From Ascidiella aspersa (taxonomy: Eukaryota), in contig OZ004614.1 in the NCBI GenBank assembly GCA_963924565.1, positions 8,556,001 to 8,620,000 of the forward strand: 64,000 nt of DNA. The letters are read 5' to 3'. The notes below the pieces were generated by a model, which saw nothing but the letters and a program-made list of their open reading frames with translations, was not told the origin of the DNA and did no database searches. Every line of letters starts with the position of its first letter. Positions within the stretch are counted from its first letter, which is position 1. Position numbers and translations under genes: made by a program. Below, piece after piece: positions 38,621 through 52,332 of the stretch.

Positions 38621-41600
38621 TTAACACACGTGAAGTGACACAACCAATACCAAAGTGTACAGATATGTATAGAAGAGACAAGTTGACACTTTATTTGAGC
38701 CCGAAGTGGTGGACTGTAAAGTTGGACATGAAGCTACATCAAGTATTAGAGGAAAGCCGCTCGACAGAGAAGAACAGTTGAGAGCCTCTGAAATGTAGGC
38801 ATGCTCAATCGATAAGGGCGGGTAGTCAGCTCGGTCAACCTGACAAAGAGCAAATAAAAAAATGTTAAAAATTAATGCCGCAATCACAATTCTATAGTTT
38901 TGGGTTAAATACTTATAAAATAAAACTTCTATTGAACTAAAAAATATGAGATTGCTGGTCAAAAATATTTAAAATTAATTTGGTACAATAAATCAATTTG
39001 TAATTGCAATAGAACCATTAGAGCAACAATTGAAATGATAAATGATCCTCTGTTAAAATGGGTAGGTTCCCAACAAAATAAGACTGTGTGGTATTTAAGT
39101 TGGTCTTCCATCAACATTATTTTCGGTGATACTTATTAGACACCTAAAGAAAATCCAGGCTATCCCGGGCATTTTAGTCTTAAGTTATCCAGTCTGAGGA
39201 CCACATGTTGCCCTTTAATTCTCTGAATTTTTTTTTTTTTTTGAAAATTTATTTCACAGATCTCATAATTGTTTTATCCTATCTGTAGTATAAGCTAATG
39301 ACAACTGGAATGCTACATTAAATTTGCCTAATACATCTTCCAGGTGAATAATAAACACAGAAAGTACAACCAACACGACGATTTTAATCCATCGCGCCAA
39401 TTTCATTAGTTAATTTTGCTTAAAACAACTATTGCAATGCAGTAATCTATCGTTATGGTAATTGGAGCCCACGGAGGAATTCGGCAAAAATAACTGAATC
39501 AATGAGCGAAAATTGTTAAATGTTTGGCAGGCATTGAGTAAATAGTTGGGGCAAACCTGCTCTATTCCGCTAGACTAGAGTATGTTGACTTACGTGGGGT
39601 GGATTTGGTAACGAAGGCATTGTGCACAGCTGAAACCTGTTCATTTTGCGCATCGCATCACTCAGTTCATTGCCGGAATCTTCGTTCCAAGTCATCTGCA
39701 AAATATACCGTTGATATTGATCGAAAGTTTTAAAGAATTATAACATTATAATGGCCAAAAAATAAATACTTAACCAATAGAAAAATAACTAAGGTACTTT
39801 TCAAGATGTTTTTTTCTCGGTTTTCTTGAAATATTGGGTTTCCTTCTTTTTAGGTAGTTTCTGAACAGGTAGCTACTTTTCAGGTATAAATGTATGTCAG
39901 CCCTGAAATAATTTGCAGAGGTAAAACGAGTTCAACTGCAATTCCTTCCCACTAAAAGTGTTAGGGCCTTGTTTTGTCAGACATAACGTTGTCCACTCAC
40001 TCACCTCATTAATATTTTGCAAGGCAGTCTTTCCGGCAAATTCCTCTGGCTCCAAGATCATTACGTCATCAAGGGTTATGTTCCAATAATAAGGCGGAAA
40101 TCTGTCAAAAGAACTGCAGATTAAAAGTAATATTCTTTTGTGTGCGTTATATATGTATGTAAACGAGTATTTTTGTTGTTGTCCGTGTATGCGAGATTGT
40201 GTATGTAACTGTTCGTGTGTACGTGTTTCTGTGAATGTGTGCGTGTGTGCTTGTGCGCATGAGTGCGTTTTTTGTTTGTTTGTAAGTTTGTTTGCTTGTT
40301 AGTTTGTGCGTTTGTTATTCTGCACTTGTGTTTGTGTAGTGATTTGTCCGTTTGTGCGCTTGCGTGCTTGTGAACTTATGTGCTTGTGCGTTAGTGCGTT
40401 AGGCGTTTTTTTCACTTGTGCGTTTGAATGCCTTTGTGTTTGTGTGTTACTCCATGAATCTAATACTTGTTCGTTTGTGTTGTGGGTAGGTGTGAGCAGG
40501 ACTAGGATAAATACTTACTCGTAGTCAGTAAAACCAAAGTATTTCATGAAAGGATCGAGCATAGGTGCAGTCTGACACCAGGTTACTGACAACGATGGAT
40601 AATAGAAGAGGGCTGCTTCGCACATTTCTTCGGAGGTCCTTAAGCCACTCTGGATAATAAATATAGCTTAGATTTAAAGCATGAGCATTTACAACTTTAG
40701 TTATCAAAATAGTAAATATTATTATACAGGCTACATACCACTGTTAATGCTAAACAAAATAGAGTTGTAGCCTACATTAGCGTTCTTTACTTGAATTAAC
40801 CCGAGATAACGGTAGATTCACATAAATTATGTTCAAGGGACAAACTCATCAGTTGGACCCGGGCCCGAATATCATAACAATATTTTACTTTATTCAATTT
40901 TCAGCTATTCACATATTGAACTATACAGGCCTATAGAATCTAGACAACACATTGTTGTCGACACGAAATATGCAACTTACTGTCACCCTCTGGTTAACAC
41001 CAACAAACCTTATACAGAGCATTTAGAGAGTTTACTTCATGTGTCAAGTTAAAAGTTTAGAAATAATTATTCTAAGAACTATACCAGATTCACAACAGGG
41101 CCGAGATTTTTGCTTTTCGGTATACACAAAATGTAACCAGTATTCTAGTCACGTAACAAAATCCAGGGGTGGCTTAAACTCAATTGATTTTTAAATCGCA
41201 CACACAAGAAGCAAGGATCTCACCAAAGAAACTCCGTCTCTGTCCATCGTGTTGTAGCTGCAGGTCACTTGCATTGCGTCCCCCTTCCTCACGATTCTTT
41301 CCTCGTGCAAGACTCTCGTCTCTTGGTAGTTGAAATCGTACGACAGGTCTTGGGCCAAATGCGGCAGTTCAGTTCCGTTTCTACAGGTACGTGCAATTGG
41401 AGGAAATCCGACAATCGTGAAGCTTACCTAGCCTACTGAATTATTGAAAAAGAATTTAAAGAAAACTGGATTAAAACTTGAAGAAAATCGAATAAGATAA
41501 AACAAACCGAAATTTCGCATTACAGCTAAATAAGGTCTACAGCCTATAGTCACCAAAATATGATCAACATCCTGTTATTTAACTGTAACTTTAGAAGATT

Positions 41601-44600
41601 TAAACCTTTTATCAAGCTTGCAAATCTGCTTTCAGTGCAATGCAAACAAATCCTAATTGTTCATGCTTATCATCACGCCCATGAACAAAGAGTACAGCAA
41701 AACAATCGCCTGATAAATAATGGGTTTAAAATATCCAAAAAAAAAAATGTAACACTTAATTAACTCTGATGGCCTACGGATCCATTATCGGGCGTTTGAG
41801 AATGTCCCTCTCCAAAATGTTGTTATGTATCTGGTAATTACTGGATATTTATCTATTTTAAATATCCACTACTTCCATAAAGCCCTGGTAAGTACTTTTC
41901 TAATTCACCAGCAATTTACAATTTATTCAACAAACATTTGTCTAAAGTCGGACTTTGCAAAAATTGATAAAATGTTCAATAATTAAATATAAACTATAGC
42001 CATTGACCCGTTATTGAAACCGAATATCACGATAATCATAGATCAAGTTTTTCGATTTTCATAGCAAACTATCATTTCTCTTAAAAAAAGTACCACATTG
42101 CTGCAATACCTGACGTGCTTCACAGTCATCTGTCGTCCCAGTAAATGACTGTGCAGCAATACTGCAAAAACTTTGATGTTGTCCATTTCGTGATGCTCCA
42201 TGGCCTAGAAGATTTTTTACATTTAAAAAATGTAGCCTATGAGACGGGGTGTGCTTCACAATAGCAAAAATGTAGCAAAACCAGAAAAACACATTAACGT
42301 TTCTATTGGTTTATCACACAACATCAGTTACTGGATATTAGCTACGAGTCACTGTTTAATATATAATTTTATAGAATATATTTGAGGCCCACATGAAACC
42401 AAGTTATATATGACGGGATTCGTTCATATAATCATATTGGTCATGCCTTGGACGTAAGTTATTTTGCATTTTTTTCACTTGGGTGGAATTACAAGCTCTG
42501 TTAACATCACTGATATGTACATTTGTACAATCGAAACGTATTTTTTACAAAAAAAGCACATATAAAACAGTTAAACGTTTAAAGTGGCCTGAAATAATTC
42601 CATATCTAGAGATAAATGTGGTGGAATTGTCGCACGGCGAGAACGAATCATGTTAACATTCGTTAAGAGAGTTTTTAAAGTTCATTTGCTTTATATGATA
42701 CTGATTTTCCATCAACTTGTCATAGTTTCAGAGAACTTTAATTGGAGGGTCCAAGTATTTGCAACCCAGGTAATGTTCATTTAAACAACCATACAGCGAG
42801 AACATAAAATGCTCCGAGATAATATAATTATATTTACCTTTTCCAGGCACTGGTCTGTGCATTCGCCATGATCGATGTACGACTCCATGCCAGGCGGAAA
42901 TGCCTTCAGAGCCCCGCTTACCAAAACACCCACCGTCATTATCGAGGCGTCGAACTGTCGTAGTTGGGGCGTGAAGGTGAAACGCAGGCCCGACGAGTCT
43001 ATGATGTCTAAAGCGGAAAAACACTGTAACGGAATCTTCTAACAAAACATAACACTTTACAGATGATCGTTGTTATCTAGACTAGACGAACGTTTATGTA
43101 AGTTAATTACGTACAAACTAGGATGAAAAATTCCTGCTAGTGTGCTCATCTCAACACACTATTGAGATCGCCCTACTACCAAGGAGGGAAGAAATAGACT
43201 TTTAGATTTCTCTATGTGTCACTGATATTGCACATGACACAATTTGTAAGAGGGTATCTGGTTATATATATATTAATACACCGCGATTGAAGTAATTCGA
43301 AAATTTTCTTCCAAAAGTATACTTTTAATATTGTTGCCAGTTTGTTTAACTGTGTGAATAGAAGCGCTTTTTTAACTTGATTTATTTTTTTATATGATTA
43401 GTTAAAATAAAAATTATCTTGGTAAATAGTAAGTCGGACAGATACATAAGTTTCGCTGTAATGGCAGGAAAGTATGAATAATTGCAAAAAAGATATACTA
43501 TATGTATTAGCGTTCCTATAGCGAATGTCAAAAAAGGAGTTTAAGAAAACACTGGACCGGTCGCTTTAGTTCAAGTTTGTGCATTTTTAGGACTATATTT
43601 GTCGCTGTTGTGTTTTATGTTTTTCAACCAAGGTTTTAGAATTTTTTTAAAATTTTCCCTAAAATGCATCTGGCGGCACAACCTATATACATGACCATAA
43701 TGAATACTGCTCTGGACAGATGAAATTAGCTTTACACATATAACTCATACCTGACATCAAATTTGGATTGTCGTAGTGAACTTCAAGTATTAGGTACTCG
43801 TGTGGCGTCGACGACTTAAGCGGGTAACCGACGTGGTCCGGGTAGTAGAATGCCTGTTTATTACAGTTAAACGCGCTTAACGTAACAAAATTCATTGCCG
43901 ACAACAGGCTAACAAACGAATTTCTAATTATTTTCAATTGGTAAACAACGTTTCCTCTATAACATTCTATATTAATGAAATTCTTTTTTAGGTGTGCATG
44001 ACTATTCCAAGTGACTTAGACAGTCCTAAATAAATTGCCAGCTTTATTTACGCACTTTTTCAACTTTATTTTTTTATCTTTATATAGGAAGGCAAATCGG
44101 CACCTATTCGTGAACAAAACTTTACTGCGCAAGTGGTAGGTGCGCCTTAGATGGATGATGGATAGTAAACTCTATAGGTAGTTGAGAGGTAATATCTCAC
44201 TAGACTCTAAAAGTTCATCCCGCATTACTTTCATCGTGTTTTCCCAGAAACATCAGCCGCTTTGAGCTTATTAGAATAGACCGATTAATAACCACAGTTG
44301 TTGACCGTATAATTCAAAGAAGTGCTTGTTAACAGTGTACAGCACCGACCATTCAATAATTCACCCACCGTCCCTCCCACAGCCCAGCTGTGAAGTACAT
44401 TACGGCAGCTATCGGTACCGGAAGGCATGTTGCTTCCGAGACACTCAGCATTATTTCCGTCGTCAGACACGTTCTGAAGAACAAAAAGTAATACGTTACT
44501 TTTAAGTTGGAAACAATGTTTCCGTACTAGTTTTACGTGGACAGATTGAAAGATCTTTATTTCTACATAAATTTCCTTTGTATAGATCAGTGATTCCCAA

Positions 44601-47600
44601 ACTGTGTGCCGCAGCACAAGCGGTTCATACTTAAATACGCACTACCCATTACAAATTATTCATATTGAGACATTTGCGTAAAGTTTGTCAGGGCGGTTGT
44701 AAAATGACTTTATTGTTGTTCTGTTAAAAGTTGGCCGCGAAGTATTTAAGATAGTTTTAGTGTGCCGCGAGCCAAAAAAGATTGGGAACCACTGGTAGGC
44801 CTATAGATTGTGAAGTAGCAAAGCTATCGCTGGCTTTTAATTTACATCTGTTTTGTTTGAAGATGCATTAAAGGACTATTAGACTAAAATAAAGGAAGTA
44901 AATCCTGTTTAGTATGATTGTAAATATGTAAAGTTTTTTTTTTTAATTTGCCTGTTAATCGAACAACAATAGCCGTTTAGCAGTGCACATATTGCGAACA
45001 CCTGTATGGATACTGCCTATCTGTCAATGCAAACAAATTTGTTTATCAGCTGTCGAACTAATAATGCTCATATAATTGTCCGCAAATTAACCTGTTATTA
45101 GTACTTTCCAACATTGTAATCATAGAATAGGTGCAAGAGGGCAACAAACGCTACAGTCCTAAAAATATTGGATGAATACGATACGTGGATGGTTTCCACT
45201 TTGATACGCTTTTATATGTAGAAGGTTGTACAGATGGTATATTTCTTACAATGTCTTCTGGAATTGAGCAGTGGTATATCAAAATGTGGTGAACAATCAG
45301 TTCATTTCCAGCCTGAATAATCGGTTCCACCTGTCGAGAAAAAAACAAAATATAGTGCACAAACAAAACCCTTGTTTTGCCATTATATTCATCGAAAATG
45401 TTCTTCTAAATGACACGAAAAAAACGATTTTCTTTGAAAGCGAAATGATTTAATGTTTGACAAATTAAAAATATTTCTTTGACGAGGAAGATATCTTCGT
45501 TTGTAGGCTAATGAGCACTTGGCGCAGTGTCGTAAAATTTGAAGAAGGCCTTAACAAATTTATTAGTTTCAAAATAATTATAGCCACTTGCCCACTTGGA
45601 CCAACTTCGGTCAGACTCTCCCAAAATGCACGTTCTGTCAATTAGGTAATAAGTTAATAACTGATGAATTTGCTGTTTGCGTTATAACATAACTGAGTAT
45701 AATCTCGTTTTTTTTTGAGCCCCCAAAGTAAATATCCCTGATCCGCCCTTAGTTAGGAATATGTATTTACCGTTCGCGAAATACCCTTCACTTAATTAGC
45801 ACAGATCAATAATAAAGTCTTCTAGGCCAGGCGGCCAGCAATTCCAAAATGTCGCTTACAAACGTTCGGTGAAAACGTAGCCTAATTATGCAATGACAAT
45901 TGTGACATACTTTAACTAGGTGATGCTTGTCGTCAAGTCGCGGCATTTTCAGCAGCCTGCAGTTGTAGTAGCTGTCCACCGACGGAACATGAAAGCGATC
46001 CATCAGGAAGTCGTAGGTGTCATGAGTTTCGCCCGGAGGAAAACTGGAATCGTCCAATCCGCTCGGATCAAGCAATATTAGACTTTTGGCGCCTTAAAAC
46101 AAAAAAAGTGTTAACGTAATGCAACATTGACACTTCTTTTATTAAGGGATATCCTATATTGTGTTTTATTCTCGTATCGATAACCGATATTTTGACCCGA
46201 ATGTATCGAGATTCGATCTAAATCCGAATTACCGCATTACTTGCGAAAATAAGCAAAATTGATCAATTTGCAAGAAAATTTTTGGCCCATATCTCATTTC
46301 GCTTGCAGAAACAAGCCAAGGGAAAGTACAACTTAATATATAACCAAAAACCAACAAACAAAAATGTAAGCAGTTGTTGAACAGAGCAATATAAAGTAAA
46401 ATACTTCACAGCAAATTCAGAACAATAACTAAAAAGTATAGCCGTAATACGTTTATATTGGCAAATTATCACAAAGGACAGAAGTAGCTCTTTTAGGCTA
46501 ATTAAATTATTGGACGTCGACAACTACCTACCTCTATTAGTTTCATGATAGTCGTTTGAATCTATATCGTCACCAACTGGATCGGAATTTCCCCAGGCAT
46601 ATATCACCTTCAACGTATCTCCCTTTACAACACATTATCATTTATACATATAAAATTAAAAAAAATTCTGACCAATGGATATAACATTAACATTAATCTA
46701 ACTTATTGGAGAGGCGTTTTTAGTGCAAAAAAGAGAAAGCCTACAGATGACAATGGCGAAATAAACCGCCAAAGACATAAAAAAAACAATGGCGCAAAAG
46801 ATATTTGCTTCTATTAGTTTTCAAACATTACCAAACGCTGAAACTTTAAGGCGCGAACGCGTCGTATCAGCAAACAATTTTTCGAACATCAGCCGAATAA
46901 GGGCGTTAGGCAGACGTGTTCAGTTTTTATGACAGGCCGATTTGTGAAAAACATGAGATGTAGTTTAACAAGAGAAATGACCTAAACGCAATTTGCTGGT
47001 TTTAACACAAAACTAATCACAATATGTTACAAATAAAAACTACTAGCAAAGATTGGAAACGCATGTTGTCTTCAAATGCAAAACATACATTTTAACTGTC
47101 TTTAAGGGAAGCAAAGCGGATTAAAGGTACCAAAAGGAATGTAAAGGTCGTGTAAAGGTCATGTAAAGGTCGTGTAAAGGTCGTGTAAAGGTCTCCATAT
47201 TGCGCAAGAGGAAAGCAAGAACAGATACATCAATTTTACGACCGGCTTTGCCACAAACAAAACACAGCCATAAAGTTGCGAAAATGTTTGCCATTTACTT
47301 GGCCAGAGCGTTTTTATTGTTTACAGCGCAATGTCTTTCACTTTAACCATCCGTTGCCTTGTCGTTAACGGAAGTTGGCTTAAAAATACGGTATTTTGTT
47401 ACGGAACAATAAAAGCATTTATACAACACTTCTGTTCAAAGTTTAAAATTTCAATAACGGACATATGGTTTATTTTCCACTTCCGTCCAATGTTACGTAG
47501 GCAAATATCAGTAATAAATTATGATAAATACGAAAGACCATGCAGTTATGTCCAGTCACAAGGAAAATAATGAAATGAATGCAGTAACAAAAAAACAACT

Positions 47601-50600
47601 CAGTATTGATAAACACTGCGTGCAAACAAATCTGTCACAATTTTACGTGTGGATAAGGGTTTCGTTTGGATACTGACGTGTACGAACGGAAAATGAGAAC
47701 CTTACTTCAGGATACCAAGACGTATCGCAAGTTAAAACGCAACCATACGCTTAAACTTGAACGGTCACTCAACAAATTTGTACATGTTCTGCATAAGACG
47801 AGACGATGCGTATCCGATGCTCATTTTCAATTATTGCACAGCACGGACGGTACTGCACCTCGAATCTACGGGTTACCGAAAATACACAAGGATGGTATAC
47901 CACTACGACCCATTGTGTCATTTGTTGGCAGCCCAACGTACCATCTTGCCAAATACTTGGCTAGGATTATTTCACCACTAGTCGGCAACACGGACAGAAC
48001 CGTCCGGAACTCACCCGAGTTCGTAGAAGCTATCACCAACGTTTTATTGTCGTCCGATGACACACTGGTGTCGTTCGATGTGGTGTCATTATTCACCAAC
48101 GTCCCCACTAATTTGGCAATGGAGGTGGCGTCCACTAGGCTGAAAAATGACCACAGTCTTAAAGATAGATCACAGTGGTTGCACGAGGACCTTGTGACAG
48201 GATTAAAGCTGTGTCTGGAAGCGACACACCTCACCTTCCGAGGTGATTATTACCAGCAGGTGTACGTTACAGCAATGGGTTCACCGGTGTCGGTCGTGAT
48301 CGCCAACCTAGTTATGGAGACGATCGAAGAGCAGGCGCTTTCCACCTTCGCTCACCCTCCAAGATTTTGGAAAAGGTATGTTGACGATGCTTGTGTCGTC
48401 ATGATCAATAAGCAAGTACTACCCTTCCTAGAGCACTTGAACGCGACGCACGGGACCATCAAGTTCACCCTGGAACCCGAAAAGGGCGGTTGCATACCGT
48501 TTCTCGACGCGTTGGTGGGACGTTTGGCGAATGGGCAGGTGAAAACACAGGTGTACCGTAAACCGACGAACACGGACAGGGTCTTGCACTTCACCTCGCA
48601 TCACCCACTTGGTCACAAACGTGCGGTCGTGCATACCTTGATAAATCGAGCAAGACGCCTCACAAGCGATCCGACGGACCTGGTCCACGAATTATCGCAC
48701 GTACGCGCAGCTCTACGCCGTAGTGGGTACCCCAAGTGGATGCTTAAAGAACCTCGTCGTAAATCAGAGACTGGACGCCAAACGGAAGGATTAGTAGTTA
48801 TACCGTACATTCCAAATTTAACAGAGGTCGTCCAGCGCATGTTACGCGATTTTGGCTTAACAGTGGCGGTAACACCATATCAGATTTCCCGACCCAAAGA
48901 CCCCGTGGATATATTTGACACAAAGGGGGTGGTTTATTGTATTCCCTGTGCAGAATGTTCCGCAGCAGTGTACATTAGGGAAACGGGACGAGCATTCAAT
49001 ACGAGAAGAAAGAACACCAACGAGATGTCCGGCAACAATATGCGTCGAAATCTGCTTTGTCCAGTCACGCGACAAAGCAACGTCATGACATCGACTTTGG
49101 ATGTGCTTCGATTGTAACTAAAGAACGTTAAGCAAGATACATTTCTTGCCCCTTCCTATCAATTTTTGTGCAGTAGCGGCCATTAGAAGGCTGCAGCCGG
49201 TTATCACGTTTTCACGTTATTCGCGCCTTGTTTCCTTTTTTCGCCTCGTTATGCCACCTTGTTTTTCGTCGTTTTGCTTCACTGTATATATACCTCTGCA
49301 AGGTTACAAGTTTATATGCCCTGATGAAGATTACCTGGATAGGTTATCGAAACGTCGGCACAGAATAAATAATTGTGGGAAGAACCCTCTTTATAATCAG
49401 TATTGATAATTAGGTAAAAAACAAGAACCGTTTTTAATGCCAGTTTTATTATTATTTGTAGTATTTTTTGTTTAGTGTAATTTATACATATCAAAGCCAC
49501 TGACAACACGATACAAAAAATACTTGAACCAACTTGTTCCCAATATGCTGGTTATTAGAATACATTGCCCTTGAAATTATGGCTAACTACAAAAACGAGC
49601 GCTATCCGCAGGTAGCCGTATTAGTTTTAGGCGATGCACACTTACAGTGATTTCCCTGTCGAAACTGGCTTCGCAAGCAGCAAGTTGCCTCGCAAATCTT
49701 ATAGTCGTGATTCCGTCGCATTCGGCTCCATCAATTAGAGCGATGTTTTGCCCAGCGTCCTTTGGTGGAAAACCCTGGTCTACTGACGGACCACGTCTGT
49801 CCTGAAACAAAAATAAATCTTGTCATAAATCGGGAACACACAATAAGACCTAAAAAGCAATAAGACCAAAAGCAGTACAACCTATAACACCACAGTATTA
49901 AAACCAACGACATAATAAAGCAAAACACGCCAAAACACGGCCTAATAGGCCAAAATAAGCCGTTAGGGCGCCGCTGTTTTGGCACCAGGTTTTTGGGCTG
50001 TTTGGGGTTATTGGTGGGGTTAGAGAATGGGTTGGGATTGAAATTATAAGGGGAGTTAGTGATGTAGGCTACTTAGGGATAGGGCTTGAGGTTATGTAAA
50101 ATATCGTATGAATGTTGTATAGACCTGATTTTGGCCACTTACGTGTTATTCCGACGGGTTTAGGTCTTAATCCGATTTTTTTGTTTTACGACTTTAAGGT
50201 ATTAGTGCCATTTTGGTCTTATTCCGAACTGTGTGTTGTATTCCGACGTTAATGTTGTTCTTATTTTGGTCTTATGGCTGGAGTCCTCTAAATCGTACAA
50301 AGTTTATTTCCACGTGTTGAAAGCTTTTGCATTACAACTGCTTTTCAGTAAAAGGAAAACGGTTTGTTCAGCAAGGTAATATGCAGAAAAAAGGCTTCGA
50401 ACGTTCTCTTTAAGATCCTATAATACAGCAATAAAATATGATACAAAATATTGCGATTTTAAAAACAACCAACCTAAAATCACCAATCAACCATCCAAGG
50501 AAGTACCTAATCACATATATTTTTTGAACGAGATGTTGCGACAAAATTTAAGTAACAAATTAAACAAAAAACTTTACTTTTAAGACATTTTAATAGTGAG

Positions 50601-51356
50601 TATATGCCAACTAACAGTGATGTAGGCTTCTCCGTTCTTCACCCATCCGACGTAGATATCGGCGTTTGCCATTGAACCACCAGATGATAACCCGATGCCT
50701 ATCCAACCCAGTGTTTTGGCCTCCATCTGACAAAAGTTTTAATAGATTTGTTTTGCCTTTAACCGAAACCACAAGCATTTATGTTTGTACTGATATTACC
50801 ACGTAATTTTTTCACAGTTTTACCGAGGCAAATACTATATATATACAAAAACATTAGACAATATATACCTGCAAGACTAACGGTTCTAGCAGCGAAAACA
50901 CAAAAGTTCATATGACGGTTAGTATGTAGTTTCTGTGTCTGTTTTACAACAGTGGTTTCCCAACCAGGATTTGAACTAAATTTGTCTTATGTGCAACACA
51001 CCAAAACTAAAGAGTCTCGCATGTTTTTTTAAACTGATGCGGGGCTTAAAGAGAAATAAAAGGTTGGGAACCACTATTTCCTAGCAACCAATATGTCTTG
51101 AAAAAGTCATCATACTGGTGTCGGCATGTCTTTCAATTGCAATTACTGTTTTTATGTAAATTTGGTAATTTACAATCAACCAAACTATTCCAACTGGTAG
51201 AAGCAATAATACTTCGAAAGTGATGTGGGTATCGTTGAAGTCCCAAGAGAGTGTAAAATCTCCATTTGCATCCAGTGGAGCTTTATGTGGAAGATTTTGC
51301 GCAAGTGAAACACCACTGCAGAACGCCAAGCAAAATATCACGCTGAATGTAGCCAT
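38621..51356 (-). CDS. MOXD1: DBH-like copper type II ascorbate-dependent monooxygenase (MOXD1-like): signal peptide, DOMON, Cu2 monooxygenase N and C domains, hydrophobic C-terminal tail; 15 exons, 647 aa
   Basis: Exons (high to low): 51356-51213, 50726-50616, 49801-49646, 46622-46532, 46092-45911, 45330-45250, 44473-44369, 43853-43751, 43007-42838, 42204-42110, 41380-41224, 40649-40519, 40101-40005, 39695-39594, 38839-38621. All are GT-AG, totalling 1944 nt in frame. Motifs: GWIGIGLS.GGSMANADIYVGW (DOMON), VHHILIY and EVHYDNP (CuH His), LLHSHLLG and EEMC (CuM His/Met), YDFNYQE. Confidence 0.93.
40200..40490. repeat. Degenerate GT-rich simple repeat in a MOXD1 intron
   Basis: tgtgcgtgtgtgcttgtgcg... 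low-complexity sequence. Confidence 0.8.
44588..44794. mobile_element. hAT-type MITE
   Basis: TIR CAGTGATTCCCAA..TTGGGAACCACTG; left TSD gtatagat, right copy interrupted (gta-ggccta-tagat). Confidence 0.75.
47140..47193. repeat. Minisatellite, (TGTAAAGGTCG) x ~5
   Basis: Direct 11-bp tandem repeat. Confidence 0.9.
47666..49117 (+). pseudogene. Penelope-like reverse transcriptase/GIY-YIG ORF remnant
   Basis: 483-aa ORF with PLE RT motifs; N-terminally truncated; G-to-V in the Q..G.AMGSP motif, G-to-R in YIG, frameshift in the endonuclease. Confidence 0.88.
49317..49360 (+). ncRNA. Minimal type I hammerhead ribozyme of the Penelope-like element
   Basis: TGCC-CTGATGA-A-GATTACCT(GGAT)AGGTTATC-GAAA-CGTC-GGCA: core CUGANGA and GAAA, stem I TGCC/GGCA, 8-bp stem II with one mismatch, short palindromic ACGT stem III, GUC cleavage triplet. 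Confidence 0.85.
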
Positions 51357-51797
51357 TTTGGAGAAACAAAGGCCTGAAGCTACAATAAAGCTTTGCTTAA
51401 CATATTAATTATAGAAATGTTACAAAAGATCCAAATATTTTGTTTTATATCGTGAATTATAGTTGTAGCACTATTTGGAATAAATGTTAGCTAAATATGC
51501 ATGAAATTCTGTTTTAACCACAATAAGCACAATGCAGCGAATACAGAATATGCCGTTACTTTGAGAAACGTGGGACTCCATTGTAGGGGCATTACTAGAT
51601 CCCGCATTGTTTTAGAAACAAAATGTAACATCTAAAATTTGCTGTGAATACCAGGAACCGGAAAAGTAGGTTTTTGTAATACGTGCTCACGAGCAGGACA
51701 ATTAATCGCCTTGTGCTTCCAAGATGTGTTACATTTCCACTATTTTAAAATATTTAACTTCATAAACTGAACCTGAATAAAACGGCGTGCTTTCGAC

Positions 51798-52332
51798 CAG
51801 ACTTGGACAACTAGATTTATTTTGGCTTTTGAAAATTAGATTAGAATTAAAATTAGAGCATTACAGTTTTTCCAAATTAGATTAGAATTAAAATTAGACC
51901 GTTTTGATTTTGTCAAATTAGATTGGAATTAGAACTACCAAATTTCTAAAAAACTTAAATTTCAACTAGAATTTGAACTAGAATCACATTTAGTTATTTA
52001 CAATCAATTTGATTTAATCGCAATTTATTCTTATAAGAACGCAAATGGTAAAAATGTGTGTGCTAATTTTTATGCCTTTTAATTCTTTTTAGACAGTAAA
52101 AATTACATACAAGTCGTTCAAACCAAAGGATCTAAATTGAAATTCTGTGTTTTAACTGAGAGACTAAAAATGTCGTTGGACAAAGTAGCATTTTTGGTAA
52201 AAATCAAAATTAGATTAGAACTAGAGTTAGAGAAAACAAGCAATTCGCAAATTAGATTAGAATTAGAATTAGCCATATTTTGCTCTAATTCAAAGAATTA
52301 CAAAACTAGAAATATCTAGTTGTCCAAGTCTG
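51798..52332. mobile_element. hAT-type MITE upstream of MOXD1
   Basis: 19-bp TIR CAGACTTGGACAACTAGAT, perfect TSD ctttcgac, internal AAATTAGATTAGAATTA repeats; absent from the duplicated region near 62475. Confidence 0.9.

Larger units (their letters stand above)
47648..49400 (+). mobile_element. 5'-truncated, decayed Penelope-like retroelement (RT + GIY-YIG endonuclease), antisense within MOXD1 intron 3
   Basis: ORF 47666-49117 contains YGLPKIHK..PLRPIVS, SFDVVSLFTNVP, AMGSPVS, RYVDD, FLD, YRKPT, SHHP, then GVVY.IPC..C..VYIRETGR (GIY-YIG). A frameshift near 49008 continues as KEHQRDVR..SALSSH..HDIDF. A hammerhead and AATAAA follow at the 3' end. Confidence 0.93.

Noticed and set aside
40306-40524. 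Cys/Val-rich ORF
   Set aside because: Translation of a GT-rich simple repeat in an intron
40820-40870. Hammerhead on the - strand (CTGATGA)
   Set aside because: No GAAA box after the putative stem II
47757-49075. Overlapping and antisense ORFs within the retroelement
   Set aside because: Shadow frames of the GC-richer RT sequence
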